A stretch of 64,000 nt of DNA, from NCBI GenBank assembly GCA_024653345.1, contig JANLFV010000005.1, positions 790 through 64,789 on the forward strand, in the 5' to 3' direction. Source of the DNA: Candidatus Acetothermia bacterium. Its GTDB lineage: Bacteria; Bipolaricaulota; Bipolaricaulia; RBG-16-55-9; JANLFV01. Under the pieces are notes generated by a model. It was not told the origin of the DNA, did not search any database, and was given only the letters and a program-made list of their open reading frames with translations. Positions 17,362-25,144 of the stretch are shown piece by piece. The first letter of the stretch is position 1, and each line of letters opens with the position of its first letter. The position numbers and the translations under genes were made by a program.

Positions 17362-19818
17362 TTGCCTTCATCGCCTCGGATGGATGAGGCAGAGAGAGGG
17401 ATCAGGATGGGCTCGAAGGTGGTTGGGGCATCAAGGGGAGGTTTCGCTCTAAGAGCCGCAACGATCATCTTGCTCCTCGGCGGCGCTGTCCATGGCAGCA
17501 GTCCACATCTCCTTGCAGCTGGCCCGCGCGATGTGGTGATCAACGAGGTCGCCTGGATGGGGACGGCCGCGAGCACTTATGACGAGTGGATTGAGCTTTA
17601 CAACAACACCGATCACGACATCGACCTCACCGGCTGGGAGCTTGAAGCTGCCGACGGGACCCCAAGCATTACGCTCTCCGGTATCATCCCCGCCAAGGGC
17701 TACTTCTTGCTCGAACGGACGGATGACAACACCGTGAGCGATATCTCCGCCGATCAAATATACGGGAATGACGGAACTACTTGGGCGCTCAAGAATGATG
17801 GCGAGGCCCTCTTCTTGAGAGACTCCTTCGACAATGTCATTGACACTGCCAACGGCGATGGGGGCAAGTGGCCCGCGGGCACGGCCGCGGGCGGCACTCC
17901 TCCCTATGCCACGATGGAGCGGATCGATCCCCTCGCGCCGGACTCCGACTCGAACTGGGCCACGAACGACGGCGTCCACCGGAACGGCCATGATGCCAAG
18001 GGAGACCCGATCAATGGGACCCCCAAGGCTCTCAACTCGGCCTCGATCGTCAACCATCCTCCCACCTGCAGCGATGTTAGCATCACCATCGACGAGGATA
18101 GCTCGGTAGAGATCGATCTAGCCTTGCACTGCGCCGATCCCGACGGCGATCCCCTGAGCGGCTCGTTCGTGAGCGACCCTGCCCATGGCACCGCCCGGTT
18201 CTTGAGCCCGACCATTCGCTACACCCCCGAGGAGAACTTCTCGGGCGGCGATTCCTTCACCTTCAGGGTGAGCGACGGGCGGCTCGAGAGCAACACCGCC
18301 TCGGCCAACATCTTCGTCAACGAGGTGAATGATGACCCCATCGCCGATGCCGGGCCGGATCAGACCGTGGATGTCGGCTCCATCGTCCAGCTCGACGGCT
18401 CCGCCTCCGCTGACCCCGATGGCGATGAGCTGAGCTACACCTGGTCTCTTGTCTCTAGACCGGCCGGGAGCGCTGCGGTGCTGTCGGACCCCGCGATCGT
18501 CGACCCTACCTTCATCGCCGACCTCGCCGGGGTCTATATTGCAGCGCTCACGGTTGAGGACGGTCGCGGGGGGAGGGCCTCAGATCAGGTGACGATCACG
18601 GCTCTAGCGAACGAGCCCCCGGCGGCCGACTTCTCATATTCTCCCGAGCTTCCCACCACCTGCGAGGTGGTCCAATTCGTCGATAGCTCACAAGATCCCG
18701 ATGGGACGATCGCCGCCTGGGAGTGGGATTTCGGCGACGGTGCTGACTCCACTGACCAGAGCCCGCCTCATCGCTACCTCGAGCCCGGAGCCTACACGGT
18801 GACCCTCACTGTGACCGACGATCGGGGTGCTACCGGAACTGCTTCCGAGGGGATCGAGGTCTGGCTCCGCGAGGGGGATGCGGACAACGACTGCCAGCGG
18901 ACCGTCAAGGACGCCATCCTGGCGGCGAAGTCTGCCCTCGGCCTGCTCGCACTGACTGAGTATCAAGAAAAGGCCGCCGATGTGGTCCCACCGTGCGGGA
19001 CGATCGATGTCCGAGATGTAGTGAGGATCGCCGAAGTGGCCCTGGGGATCAAAGACGAGAGTATCTTCACCTGCGATGGAGGCCAGGGCCTGGGAAGCGT
19101 GAGCTTACGGAAGCCTCAGAGCCTCGGGCCGGCCGAGCTTCGCATCGGCACTAGGGAACTCCTCCCCGGCGAAAGGGCCACCCTCACGATCTTTTCCAGC
19201 GCGGCCCTCTTGGGGCTCCAGGCCGGCCCGGAAGGGGGCCTCTCCTTCGATCCCAAGGTGATCCAGATTAGAGCAGTTCGGGGCGTCCCGCCATACGAGG
19301 TGCTCGCGAGCGAGGTCGATAACGGGGCGGGCCGAGCCAAGTTCATCGCGATCGCCCTGGGGGAGCCCGAGGGCGGCGAGCTCGTCGAGTTGGAGGTCGA
19401 GGCCATCGGGCGAGAGGGCGAGAGCACCCTGATCGGGCTCACACCGGACATGGCCATCGATGCCGAGGGGAACGGACTTAGGCTCGAGGCCGTCGCAGCC
19501 CGGCTGACGGTAGGCCGGCCGGGGCCGCTCAAGGTCGAGCGCGTTCGGGCCTTCCCCAATCCGGCCCGAAGCAGGGAGGTGAGGTTCATCGCCGAAGGCC
19601 AGGGGATCAAAGAGGTCGAGGTCCGGGTCTACGACCTCTCCGGCCGGGAGGTCTTCAATAGCGGCTGGGTCGCGGGCCCGACCTTCGAGTGGAACCTCAT
19701 GGGCAACCGAGGGCGGCTGGTGGCGAGCGGGGTCTACCTCTACATTCTGGCCATCCGCGGCTTCGGCAGGGATGAGCTGGTCCAAAGCGGGCTAAAGAAG
19801 CTGGTGATCCTCCGATGA
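17362..19818 (+). CDS. large secreted multidomain surface protein: lamin-tail domain, cadherin/Ig-like repeats, PKD, dockerin-like Ca-binding repeats, cohesin-like module, C-terminal Ig-like sorting domain (T9SS-CTD / FlgD-Ig-like)
   Basis: LTD motif VVINEVAWMG...DEWIELYNNTDHDIDLTGWELEAADG...AKGYFLLER. PKD motif WEWDFGDGADSTDQSPPHRYLEPGAYTVTLTVTDDRGATG. DADNDCQRTVKDAILAAKSALG gives a D-x-D-x-D repeat. C-terminus FPNPARSREV...VRVYDLSGREVF...GVYLYILAI. Confidence 0.8.
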   Translation: MPSSPRMDEAERGIRMGSKVVGASRGGFALRAATIILLLGGAVHGSSPHLLAAGPRDVVINEVAWMGTAASTYDEWIELYNNTDHDIDLTGWELEAADGTPSITLSGIIPAKGYFLLERTDDNTVSDISADQIYGNDGTTWALKNDGEALFLRDSFDNVIDTANGDGGKWPAGTAAGGTPPYATMERIDPLAPDSDSNWATNDGVHRNGHDAKGDPINGTPKALNSASIVNHPPTCSDVSITIDEDSSVEIDLALHCADPDGDPLSGSFVSDPAHGTARFLSPTIRYTPEENFSGGDSFTFRVSDGRLESNTASANIFVNEVNDDPIADAGPDQTVDVGSIVQLDGSASADPDGDELSYTWSLVSRPAGSAAVLSDPAIVDPTFIADLAGVYIAALTVEDGRGGRASDQVTITALANEPPAADFSYSPELPTTCEVVQFVDSSQDPDGTIAAWEWDFGDGADSTDQSPPHRYLEPGAYTVTLTVTDDRGATGTASEGIEVWLREGDADNDCQRTVKDAILAAKSALGLLALTEYQEKAADVVPPCGTIDVRDVVRIAEVALGIKDESIFTCDGGQGLGSVSLRKPQSLGPAELRIGTRELLPGERATLTIFSSAALLGLQAGPEGGLSFDPKVIQIRAVRGVPPYEVLASEVDNGAGRAKFIAIALGEPEGGELVELEVEAIGREGESTLIGLTPDMAIDAEGNGLRLEAVAARLTVGRPGPLKVERVRAFPNPARSREVRFIAEGQGIKEVEVRVYDLSGREVFNSGWVAGPTFEWNLMGNRGRLVASGVYLYILAIRGFGRDELVQSGLKKLVILR

Positions 19819-20321
19819 GCGGGCTGAAGGCGATCCTGGGCGGGCTCCTCTTGGCCACGATGGCCGCCTTTCTCAGCGCCTGCGTCGCCGGAGTGGCCTA
19901 CGGCCCGAGCGTGGTCGTGGGTAGCCTTGCGCTTCCGCCGGGCGGGACCGGGCAGGTCGTGATAAGCGTCTTCGGGCTCAATGACCTCCAGGGCCTCCAG
20001 GTCGGGCCGCAAGGGCGGTTCACCTTCGACCAGAAGGTGGTCCAGTTAAAAGCGATTGAAGGGCTCAACGGCTTTGTGGTCTTCGCCAGCAAGATCGATA
20101 ATGCCGGGGGCTGGGCCTCTTTCCTTGTGGCCTTTCCCGGCGGGAGCCGGGGCGAGGACGGGGTGGTCCAGCTCGAGCTTGAGGCCGTCGGGACACTCGG
20201 ATCAAGCTCGACGCTCGCGATCACCTCGATCGATGTCCTGGCCGACAGCCGAGGGAACGATATCACCAACTACGAGATCATCAACGGGAGGGCCATCATT
20301 TCCCCGGGCATTGGACCCTGA
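19815..20321 (+). CDS. cohesin-like lipoprotein, paralogous to the cohesin-like module of the upstream gene
   Basis: Signal peptide with LSAC lipobox. VVISVFGLNDLQGLQVGPQGRFTFDQKVVQLKAIEG aligns with LTIFSSAALLGLQAGPEGGLSFDPKVIQIRAVRG in the 17362 protein. 4-nt overlap with that gene. Confidence 0.5.
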   Translation: MSGLKAILGGLLLATMAAFLSACVAGVAYGPSVVVGSLALPPGGTGQVVISVFGLNDLQGLQVGPQGRFTFDQKVVQLKAIEGLNGFVVFASKIDNAGGWASFLVAFPGGSRGEDGVVQLELEAVGTLGSSSTLAITSIDVLADSRGNDITNYEIINGRAIISPGIGP

Positions 20322-21942
20322 TCCGGGGGTCGAGCCCCTTGTCCCCGTAGGCCCGATCGAAGTGGGCTGCGAACTCCGCGGCCAATTTGGCCGCCCGGCG
20401 GTCGTATTCCCCCTTATCTTGCCAGGTATTCCTGCGATTGAGGATTTCGCTAGGGACCCCGGGGCAGCTTTGGGGGACCCAGAGGTGGAAGAGCTTGTCC
20501 TCTTCGTAATCGGTCTCTTCTAAAGCCCCGTTCAAGGCCGCGCGGACCATCGCCCTGGTGAGGCGGATGTCCAGCCTCCTCCCGATGCCGTAAGGCCCGC
20601 CGCTCCAGCCGGTGTTGACCAGGTAGACCCTTGTCCCGTGCTCTTCCAGCTTCTCCCCGAGCATCCGGGCGTAGACCTCGGGCTTGCGGGGCATGAACGG
20701 CTCGCCGAAGAACCGGGAGAAGGTCGACTGCGGCTCGATCACCCCGGTCTCGGTCCCCGCGAGCTTGCTCGTATAGCCCATGAGGAACCAGAGCATCGCC
20801 TGGTCCTTAGTGAGCCTGGCGATCGGCGGGAGGACCCCATTAGCGTCGGCGGTGAGGAAGAGGATCGTCCGCGGGTGGCCTCCTTGGGCCGAGGGCTTGA
20901 TGTTCTTGAGGAAGGTCAAGGGGTAGGAGCCCCTCGAGTTGGGGGTGAGCCGACTATCATGGAAGTCGAACTCACCGTCAGGATAGATCATGGCATTCTC
21001 GACGATCGCCCCATGCTCGAGGTAGTGGGCCTTGTGCATGATGGCGTTATAGATCTCCGGCTCCTTGTTGGGGTCGAGGTCGATCAGCTTGGCGTAGCAG
21101 CCGCTCTCGAAGTTCGCCACCCCGTTCGGCCCCCAGCCGTGCTCGTCGTCCCCGAGCAGGGCCCGCTCCGGGTCGGCTGATAGAGAGGTCTTCCCCGTCC
21201 CGGAGAGGCCGAGGAAGAGGGCCACATCCCCTTGTGGGCCCTCGTTGGCCGCGCAATGCAAGGGCAAGATCCCCTCCGGCGGGAGGAGGTAGTTCATCAC
21301 GGTGAAGACTAGCTTCTTGACGGAGCCGCAGTAGGCCGAGCCGAAGACCACCCCGATCAGGCGGTCGAAGTCCATGGCGATCACCATCCTCGAGGCCTTC
21401 CCCGTAGCCGGGTCGGTCCGGAGCCGGCCCTTATACCTTTCGGGATCGAGCTTATCGTATGGGAGGGCCAGGATGGTGAGGGGCCTCCCGGCGAAGGTGC
21501 TCCTCCCAAGGTCTGGCGGGACCGGGCGGAACATGTTGTCCGTAAACAACGCCGTGAGGGCCCGGTCAGTGATAGTCCTCACCGGGAGGGCATAGGAGCT
21601 ATCGGCCCCCACGACCCGCTCGGTGAGGTAGAGCCTCGGCTTGGCCCGGAGCGCCTCGAGTGCGTCCTCGAGGATCATCGCGAAGGTCTCCTCGTCCAGG
21701 GGGAGGTTGTTCGGGGAGGTCCAGTCGATCTCGCCCGCGCTCGCCTCATGCCTCACGATCACCGTATCCTTCGGCGAGCGGCCGGTCGACTCCGGCGGGG
21801 TCCAGGTGGCCAGTGCCCCGCTCTGGCTCACGAGCGCCTCCCGCCGCTCGACCGCCTCCTCGATCAGCCGCCCGCGGGAGGGGTTGGACCGGACTTCCCT
21901 GTGGCTCTGCAATAGCCTCTCTAGCTCTCTGGTGAACTCCAT
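20296..21942 (-). CDS. pckA: phosphoenolpyruvate carboxykinase (ATP)
   Basis: Kinase-1a GLSGTGKTSLS, and DDEHGWG / GCYAKLIDL motifs. Full length, 548 aa. Confidence 0.95.
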   Translation of the reverse strand: MEFTRELERLLQSHREVRSNPSRGRLIEEAVERREALVSQSGALATWTPPESTGRSPKDTVIVRHEASAGEIDWTSPNNLPLDEETFAMILEDALEALRAKPRLYLTERVVGADSSYALPVRTITDRALTALFTDNMFRPVPPDLGRSTFAGRPLTILALPYDKLDPERYKGRLRTDPATGKASRMVIAMDFDRLIGVVFGSAYCGSVKKLVFTVMNYLLPPEGILPLHCAANEGPQGDVALFLGLSGTGKTSLSADPERALLGDDEHGWGPNGVANFESGCYAKLIDLDPNKEPEIYNAIMHKAHYLEHGAIVENAMIYPDGEFDFHDSRLTPNSRGSYPLTFLKNIKPSAQGGHPRTILFLTADANGVLPPIARLTKDQAMLWFLMGYTSKLAGTETGVIEPQSTFSRFFGEPFMPRKPEVYARMLGEKLEEHGTRVYLVNTGWSGGPYGIGRRLDIRLTRAMVRAALNGALEETDYEEDKLFHLWVPQSCPGVPSEILNRRNTWQDKGEYDRRAAKLAAEFAAHFDRAYGDKGLDPRIRVQCPGK

Positions 21943-22106
21943 CGCGGCTCACACTATAGCAGTGGAACCGGGAAGCGGACAAGCTCAACGGCTCCACATT
22001 GCACCGGCGCAACTGAGCTGCTAGAATTAGTTTGTTACCCCAGTCCAGATCACCTAACCGCGCTCCGTGAGGCTCGCGGCGCAGGGCTCTCTCAAGGGGG
22101 GATGGA

Positions 22107-22328
22107 ATGCTAGTCGACAACAACACCGGGTTAGAGGGGCGGAGGCCGTCGTTCTGTGTCCTGGGCGCTGGCCCCGGCGGGCTGGCGATGGCCGGCCATC
22201 TAGCCCTGATGGGCTTTGGGGTCAATCTCTACAATCGAACGGAGGAGCGGCTCTGGCCGGTCCAGCAGCGTGGGGGGATCGAGCTCATCGGCGAGGTCGA
22301 GGGCTTCGAGAGGATCGGAGGGGGGTGA
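22107..22328 (+). pseudogene. orphan N-terminal Rossmann fragment (opine/NAD-dependent dehydrogenase-like), truncated after about 73 codons
   Basis: FCVLGAGPGGLAMAGHLALMGFGVNLYNRTEERL is a beta-strand plus GxGxxG NAD(P)-binding start. Stops 6 nt before the mscS ATG. No remainder of the gene is present. Confidence 0.3.
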
Positions 22329-22333
22329 CCCAA

Positions 22334-23380
22334 ATGGCAGGGGTCGTGAGAGACCTGGGCTTGCTTTTCATCCTCCTGGCCGCGGTGGTCCTGGGGAGCT
22401 ATCTCATCCGGCTCTTCTGGGACCAGGTCCTGAAGCGGATCGCCCGGAGGACGCGGACGAAGCTCGACACCATGATCATCGAGGCCACGGAGCGGCCGGC
22501 CTTCCTCCTCGTCTTGCTCGGCGGGTTCTACCTGGTCTTCCAGAGGTTCAGCACCCATCCGGCCCTCGCCGGGACCCCCTGGCTCAAAGTCATCAACGGG
22601 GTCTTCTTCGTGGCCGCAGCGATCGCCTTCACTCGGTTCCTCTATGCCCTGATCAAGGCGATCTTGGACTGGTATCTCGCCGAGGTGGCCGTCCGGACCG
22701 AGACGAGAGTCGATGAGGAGTTCATCCCCCTCTTCGCCCGGCTCCTCAAGGTCATCCTCTACTTCATCGCCATCACCGTCATCCTCGGCTACTTTAAGGT
22801 CAACCTCACGGGGTTCATCGCTACAGCAGGGGTGGCCTCGCTGGCGCTCGCGCTCGCGGCCCAGGAGACGATCGCGAACTGGATCTCCGGGTTCGCCATC
22901 ATGGTCGACCGGCCCTTCAAGGTCGGGGACCGGATCGAGCTACCCGACGGCCAGATCGGGGATGTCTACGAGATCGGCCTCCGCTCCACGAGGATCCGCA
23001 CATTCGATAACAACCTCCTCATCGTCCCCAACACGGAGATGGCCAAGTCCAGGGTCCTCAACTTCCGCTACCCTAGCCCTCAGGCCAGGATCGCCCAGAC
23101 GATCGGCGTGGCCTACGGGAGCGACTTAGATAAAGTGAAACGGGTCTTGCTGGAGATCTGTGCCAATCATCCCGATGTCCTGAAGGAGCCCCCGCCTGGG
23201 GTCTACTTCACCGAGTTCGGCGAGTCCGCCCTCAAGCTCTTCCTCTCCTGCTGGGTGGCCGCCTACCGCGACCTCTTCCGAGTCCAGGACGAGCTGAACA
23301 TGGAGATCAAGCGGCGGTTCGAGCAGGAGGGGATCGAGATCCCCTTCCCCAAGAGGGATGTTCGTATCAGGAGGGAGTAG
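22334..23380 (+). CDS. mscS: small-conductance mechanosensitive channel (MscS family)
   Basis: TM helices then ETIANWISGFAIMVDRPFKVGDRIEL...GDVYEIGLRSTRIRTFDNNLLIVPN (MscS beta-domain). ATG 22334; the 88 codons of the track ORF upstream of it are unlikely to be translated. Confidence 0.85.
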   Translation: MAGVVRDLGLLFILLAAVVLGSYLIRLFWDQVLKRIARRTRTKLDTMIIEATERPAFLLVLLGGFYLVFQRFSTHPALAGTPWLKVINGVFFVAAAIAFTRFLYALIKAILDWYLAEVAVRTETRVDEEFIPLFARLLKVILYFIAITVILGYFKVNLTGFIATAGVASLALALAAQETIANWISGFAIMVDRPFKVGDRIELPDGQIGDVYEIGLRSTRIRTFDNNLLIVPNTEMAKSRVLNFRYPSPQARIAQTIGVAYGSDLDKVKRVLLEICANHPDVLKEPPPGVYFTEFGESALKLFLSCWVAAYRDLFRVQDELNMEIKRRFEQEGIEIPFPKRDVRIRRE

Positions 23381-23539
23381 ATGGGCGGCATGGTCAGGTC
23401 CAGTAGGCCAGGCCGCAGTTGGTAGTGGAGGCTATGCCCGAACAGGTCGGCATTGCGAGCCGGGACGGCGCCGACTCTGGAGCGCTAGGATTCCGGCAAG
23501 GGCCCATGACCTTAGCGGAAGCTGAAGCCTCAAGGAGGC

Positions 23540-23842
23540 ATGATGGAGAGAACGGTAGCTCTACTGCAGCGGCTCTACTGGGCGATTCTGGCGGCTATCG
23601 TCGTCTTGTTCAGCCTGATCAACCTCGATCTTCTCAGGTCGGTAGTGAAGGTCGATCTCCTCTTCGGGAAGTTCGCCGTTCAAGCCGTCTGGTTCTTGGC
23701 CTTCGTCTTGGTCGCCTTCCTCCTCCAGATCCTCATCTCTCGCTCGCTGCTCGCTCTCGTCAGGGCCAAGCTCGAGAAGCTGAACCGGGAGTTGGCGGCG
23801 CTCCGGACCCCTCCCTCTGGAGAGGAGGAGAGGCGGGGCTGA
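23540..23842 (+). CDS. small 2-TM membrane protein with C-terminal coiled coil, hypothetical
   Basis: AAGGAGG immediately before ATGATG. Two hydrophobic helices, then LEKLNRELAALR. Confidence 0.4.
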   Translation: MMERTVALLQRLYWAILAAIVVLFSLINLDLLRSVVKVDLLFGKFAVQAVWFLAFVLVAFLLQILISRSLLALVRAKLEKLNRELAALRTPPSGEEERRG

Positions 23843-23932
23843 GCCGGCCCTCCTTGACGGCCATTGGGCGTTTTGCTATGATCCATAGAGTTTGGCCTGG
23901 AATGATCATCAAGGATACGGAGGTGATCGAGC

Positions 23933-24202
23933 ATTCCCAACATTAAGTCAGCGGAGAAGCAGTTGAGGCAGAGTGAGAAGCGCCGCGTCCGGAACAGGCG
24001 GCGACTGACGGCCCTCCGGCGCGTGACCAAGGAGCTCCAGAAGCATCTGGCCGCCGGGGAGAAGGAGAAGGCCCAGGCCCTTCTGCCCAAGCTGATGCAG
24101 GTCGCCGACCGCGCGGCCGCGAAGGGGCCGTTCCACCGGAACAAGGTGGCCCGGATTAAGTCGAAGTGGATGAGGAAGGTGAACGAGCTTGGCCGCGGAT
24201 AG
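23933..24202 (+). CDS. rpsT: 30S ribosomal protein S20, apparently with an ATT start codon
   Basis: MPNIKSAEKQLRQSEKRRVRNRRR matches the S20 N-terminus. GGAGGTGA at 23919-23926, a 6-nt spacer, then ATT at 23933. In-frame TGA at 23924 excludes a start further upstream. The track ORF starts at TTG 23963, which would cut off the conserved N-terminus. Confidence 0.8.
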   Translation: MPNIKSAEKQLRQSEKRRVRNRRRLTALRRVTKELQKHLAAGEKEKAQALLPKLMQVADRAAAKGPFHRNKVARIKSKWMRKVNELGRG

Positions 24203-25133
24203 GGGCTATCGGATCGATTTCCTCAAGCATCGTAAGCTCTTCATGGCCCTCTCGGGCTCGCTGGTGCTGATCGCCATCATCTCCCTTCTCCTCCACCAGC
24301 CGCCGCTCAACCCCGGTCTGGACTTCACCGGGGGGACCCGCCTCCGCGTCCAGTTCCCCGAGGATGTCTCCGCCGCCGAGGTGCGGAGCGCCCTGGGGAG
24401 GATCGCCATCCCCGGGGTCGACCTGACGGCCAGCCTGGTCCAGGACTTCCCCGACCTCCGCCGCCAGGGCCAGTTCGTGAAGACGATCACCCTCATGGCC
24501 ACCGAAGAGGACGATGTGGACAGGGTCATCAAGGCGCTCGGGGAGCAATTCCCCGGGATAGAAGTGCTCGAGCGCGATGTGGTCAGCGGGCAGGTGAGCC
24601 GGGAGATCCGCCAGAAGGCCTGGCAGGCGATCCTCGTGGCCCTGGTCGTGATGCTGATCTACATCTCCTGGCGGTTCAAGCTCCGCTTCGCCGTCGGGGC
24701 GGTGGTGGCCTTGGTCCACGACGTGATCATCCCGATCGGGGTCTTCTCCCTCTTCCGCTTCGAGGTCAACCTCTCGGTGATCGCTGCACTGCTCACGATC
24801 GTCGGCTACTCCGTGAACGACACGATCATCGTCTTCGACCGGGTGCGCGAGAACCTGGGGACGCGGAAGAGAAAGGTCGACTACTACGATGTCCTCAACT
24901 TGAGCAATAACCAGACCCTCCCCCGGACGATCCAGACCTCCGTGACCACGCTCATCCCGGTGCTCATCGCACTCTTCTTCGGGGGCTCGGTGCTCCGGCC
25001 CTTCTGCCTGGCGATGACCATCGGGCTGATCTCCGGGACCTACTCCTCGATTTACATCGCGGAGATACTAGTCTACTACTGGTCGCTCAAGGCCGACGCG
25101 GCTAGGGGACGCGCGCGCGTGCGCGCCCGCTGA
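24189..25133 (+). CDS. secF: protein-export membrane protein SecF
   Basis: GLDFTGGTRL and LVHDVIIPIGVFSLFRFEVNLSVIAALLTIVGYSVNDTIIVFDRVREN match the SecF signature. TTG start overlapping the rpsT end. No secD next to it. Confidence 0.85.
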   Translation: MAADRGYRIDFLKHRKLFMALSGSLVLIAIISLLLHQPPLNPGLDFTGGTRLRVQFPEDVSAAEVRSALGRIAIPGVDLTASLVQDFPDLRRQGQFVKTITLMATEEDDVDRVIKALGEQFPGIEVLERDVVSGQVSREIRQKAWQAILVALVVMLIYISWRFKLRFAVGAVVALVHDVIIPIGVFSLFRFEVNLSVIAALLTIVGYSVNDTIIVFDRVRENLGTRKRKVDYYDVLNLSNNQTLPRTIQTSVTTLIPVLIALFFGGSVLRPFCLAMTIGLISGTYSSIYIAEILVYYWSLKADAARGRARVRAR

Positions 25134-25144
25134 CGGGCCTGCTG

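Noticed and set aside
22067-22333. First 89 codons of the track ORF for mscS (start at 22067)
   Set aside because: The N-terminal 89 residues are Arg/Gly-rich with no TM helix. The ATG at 22334 is preceded by a GGGGGTGA RBS and begins directly with the first MscS TM helix.
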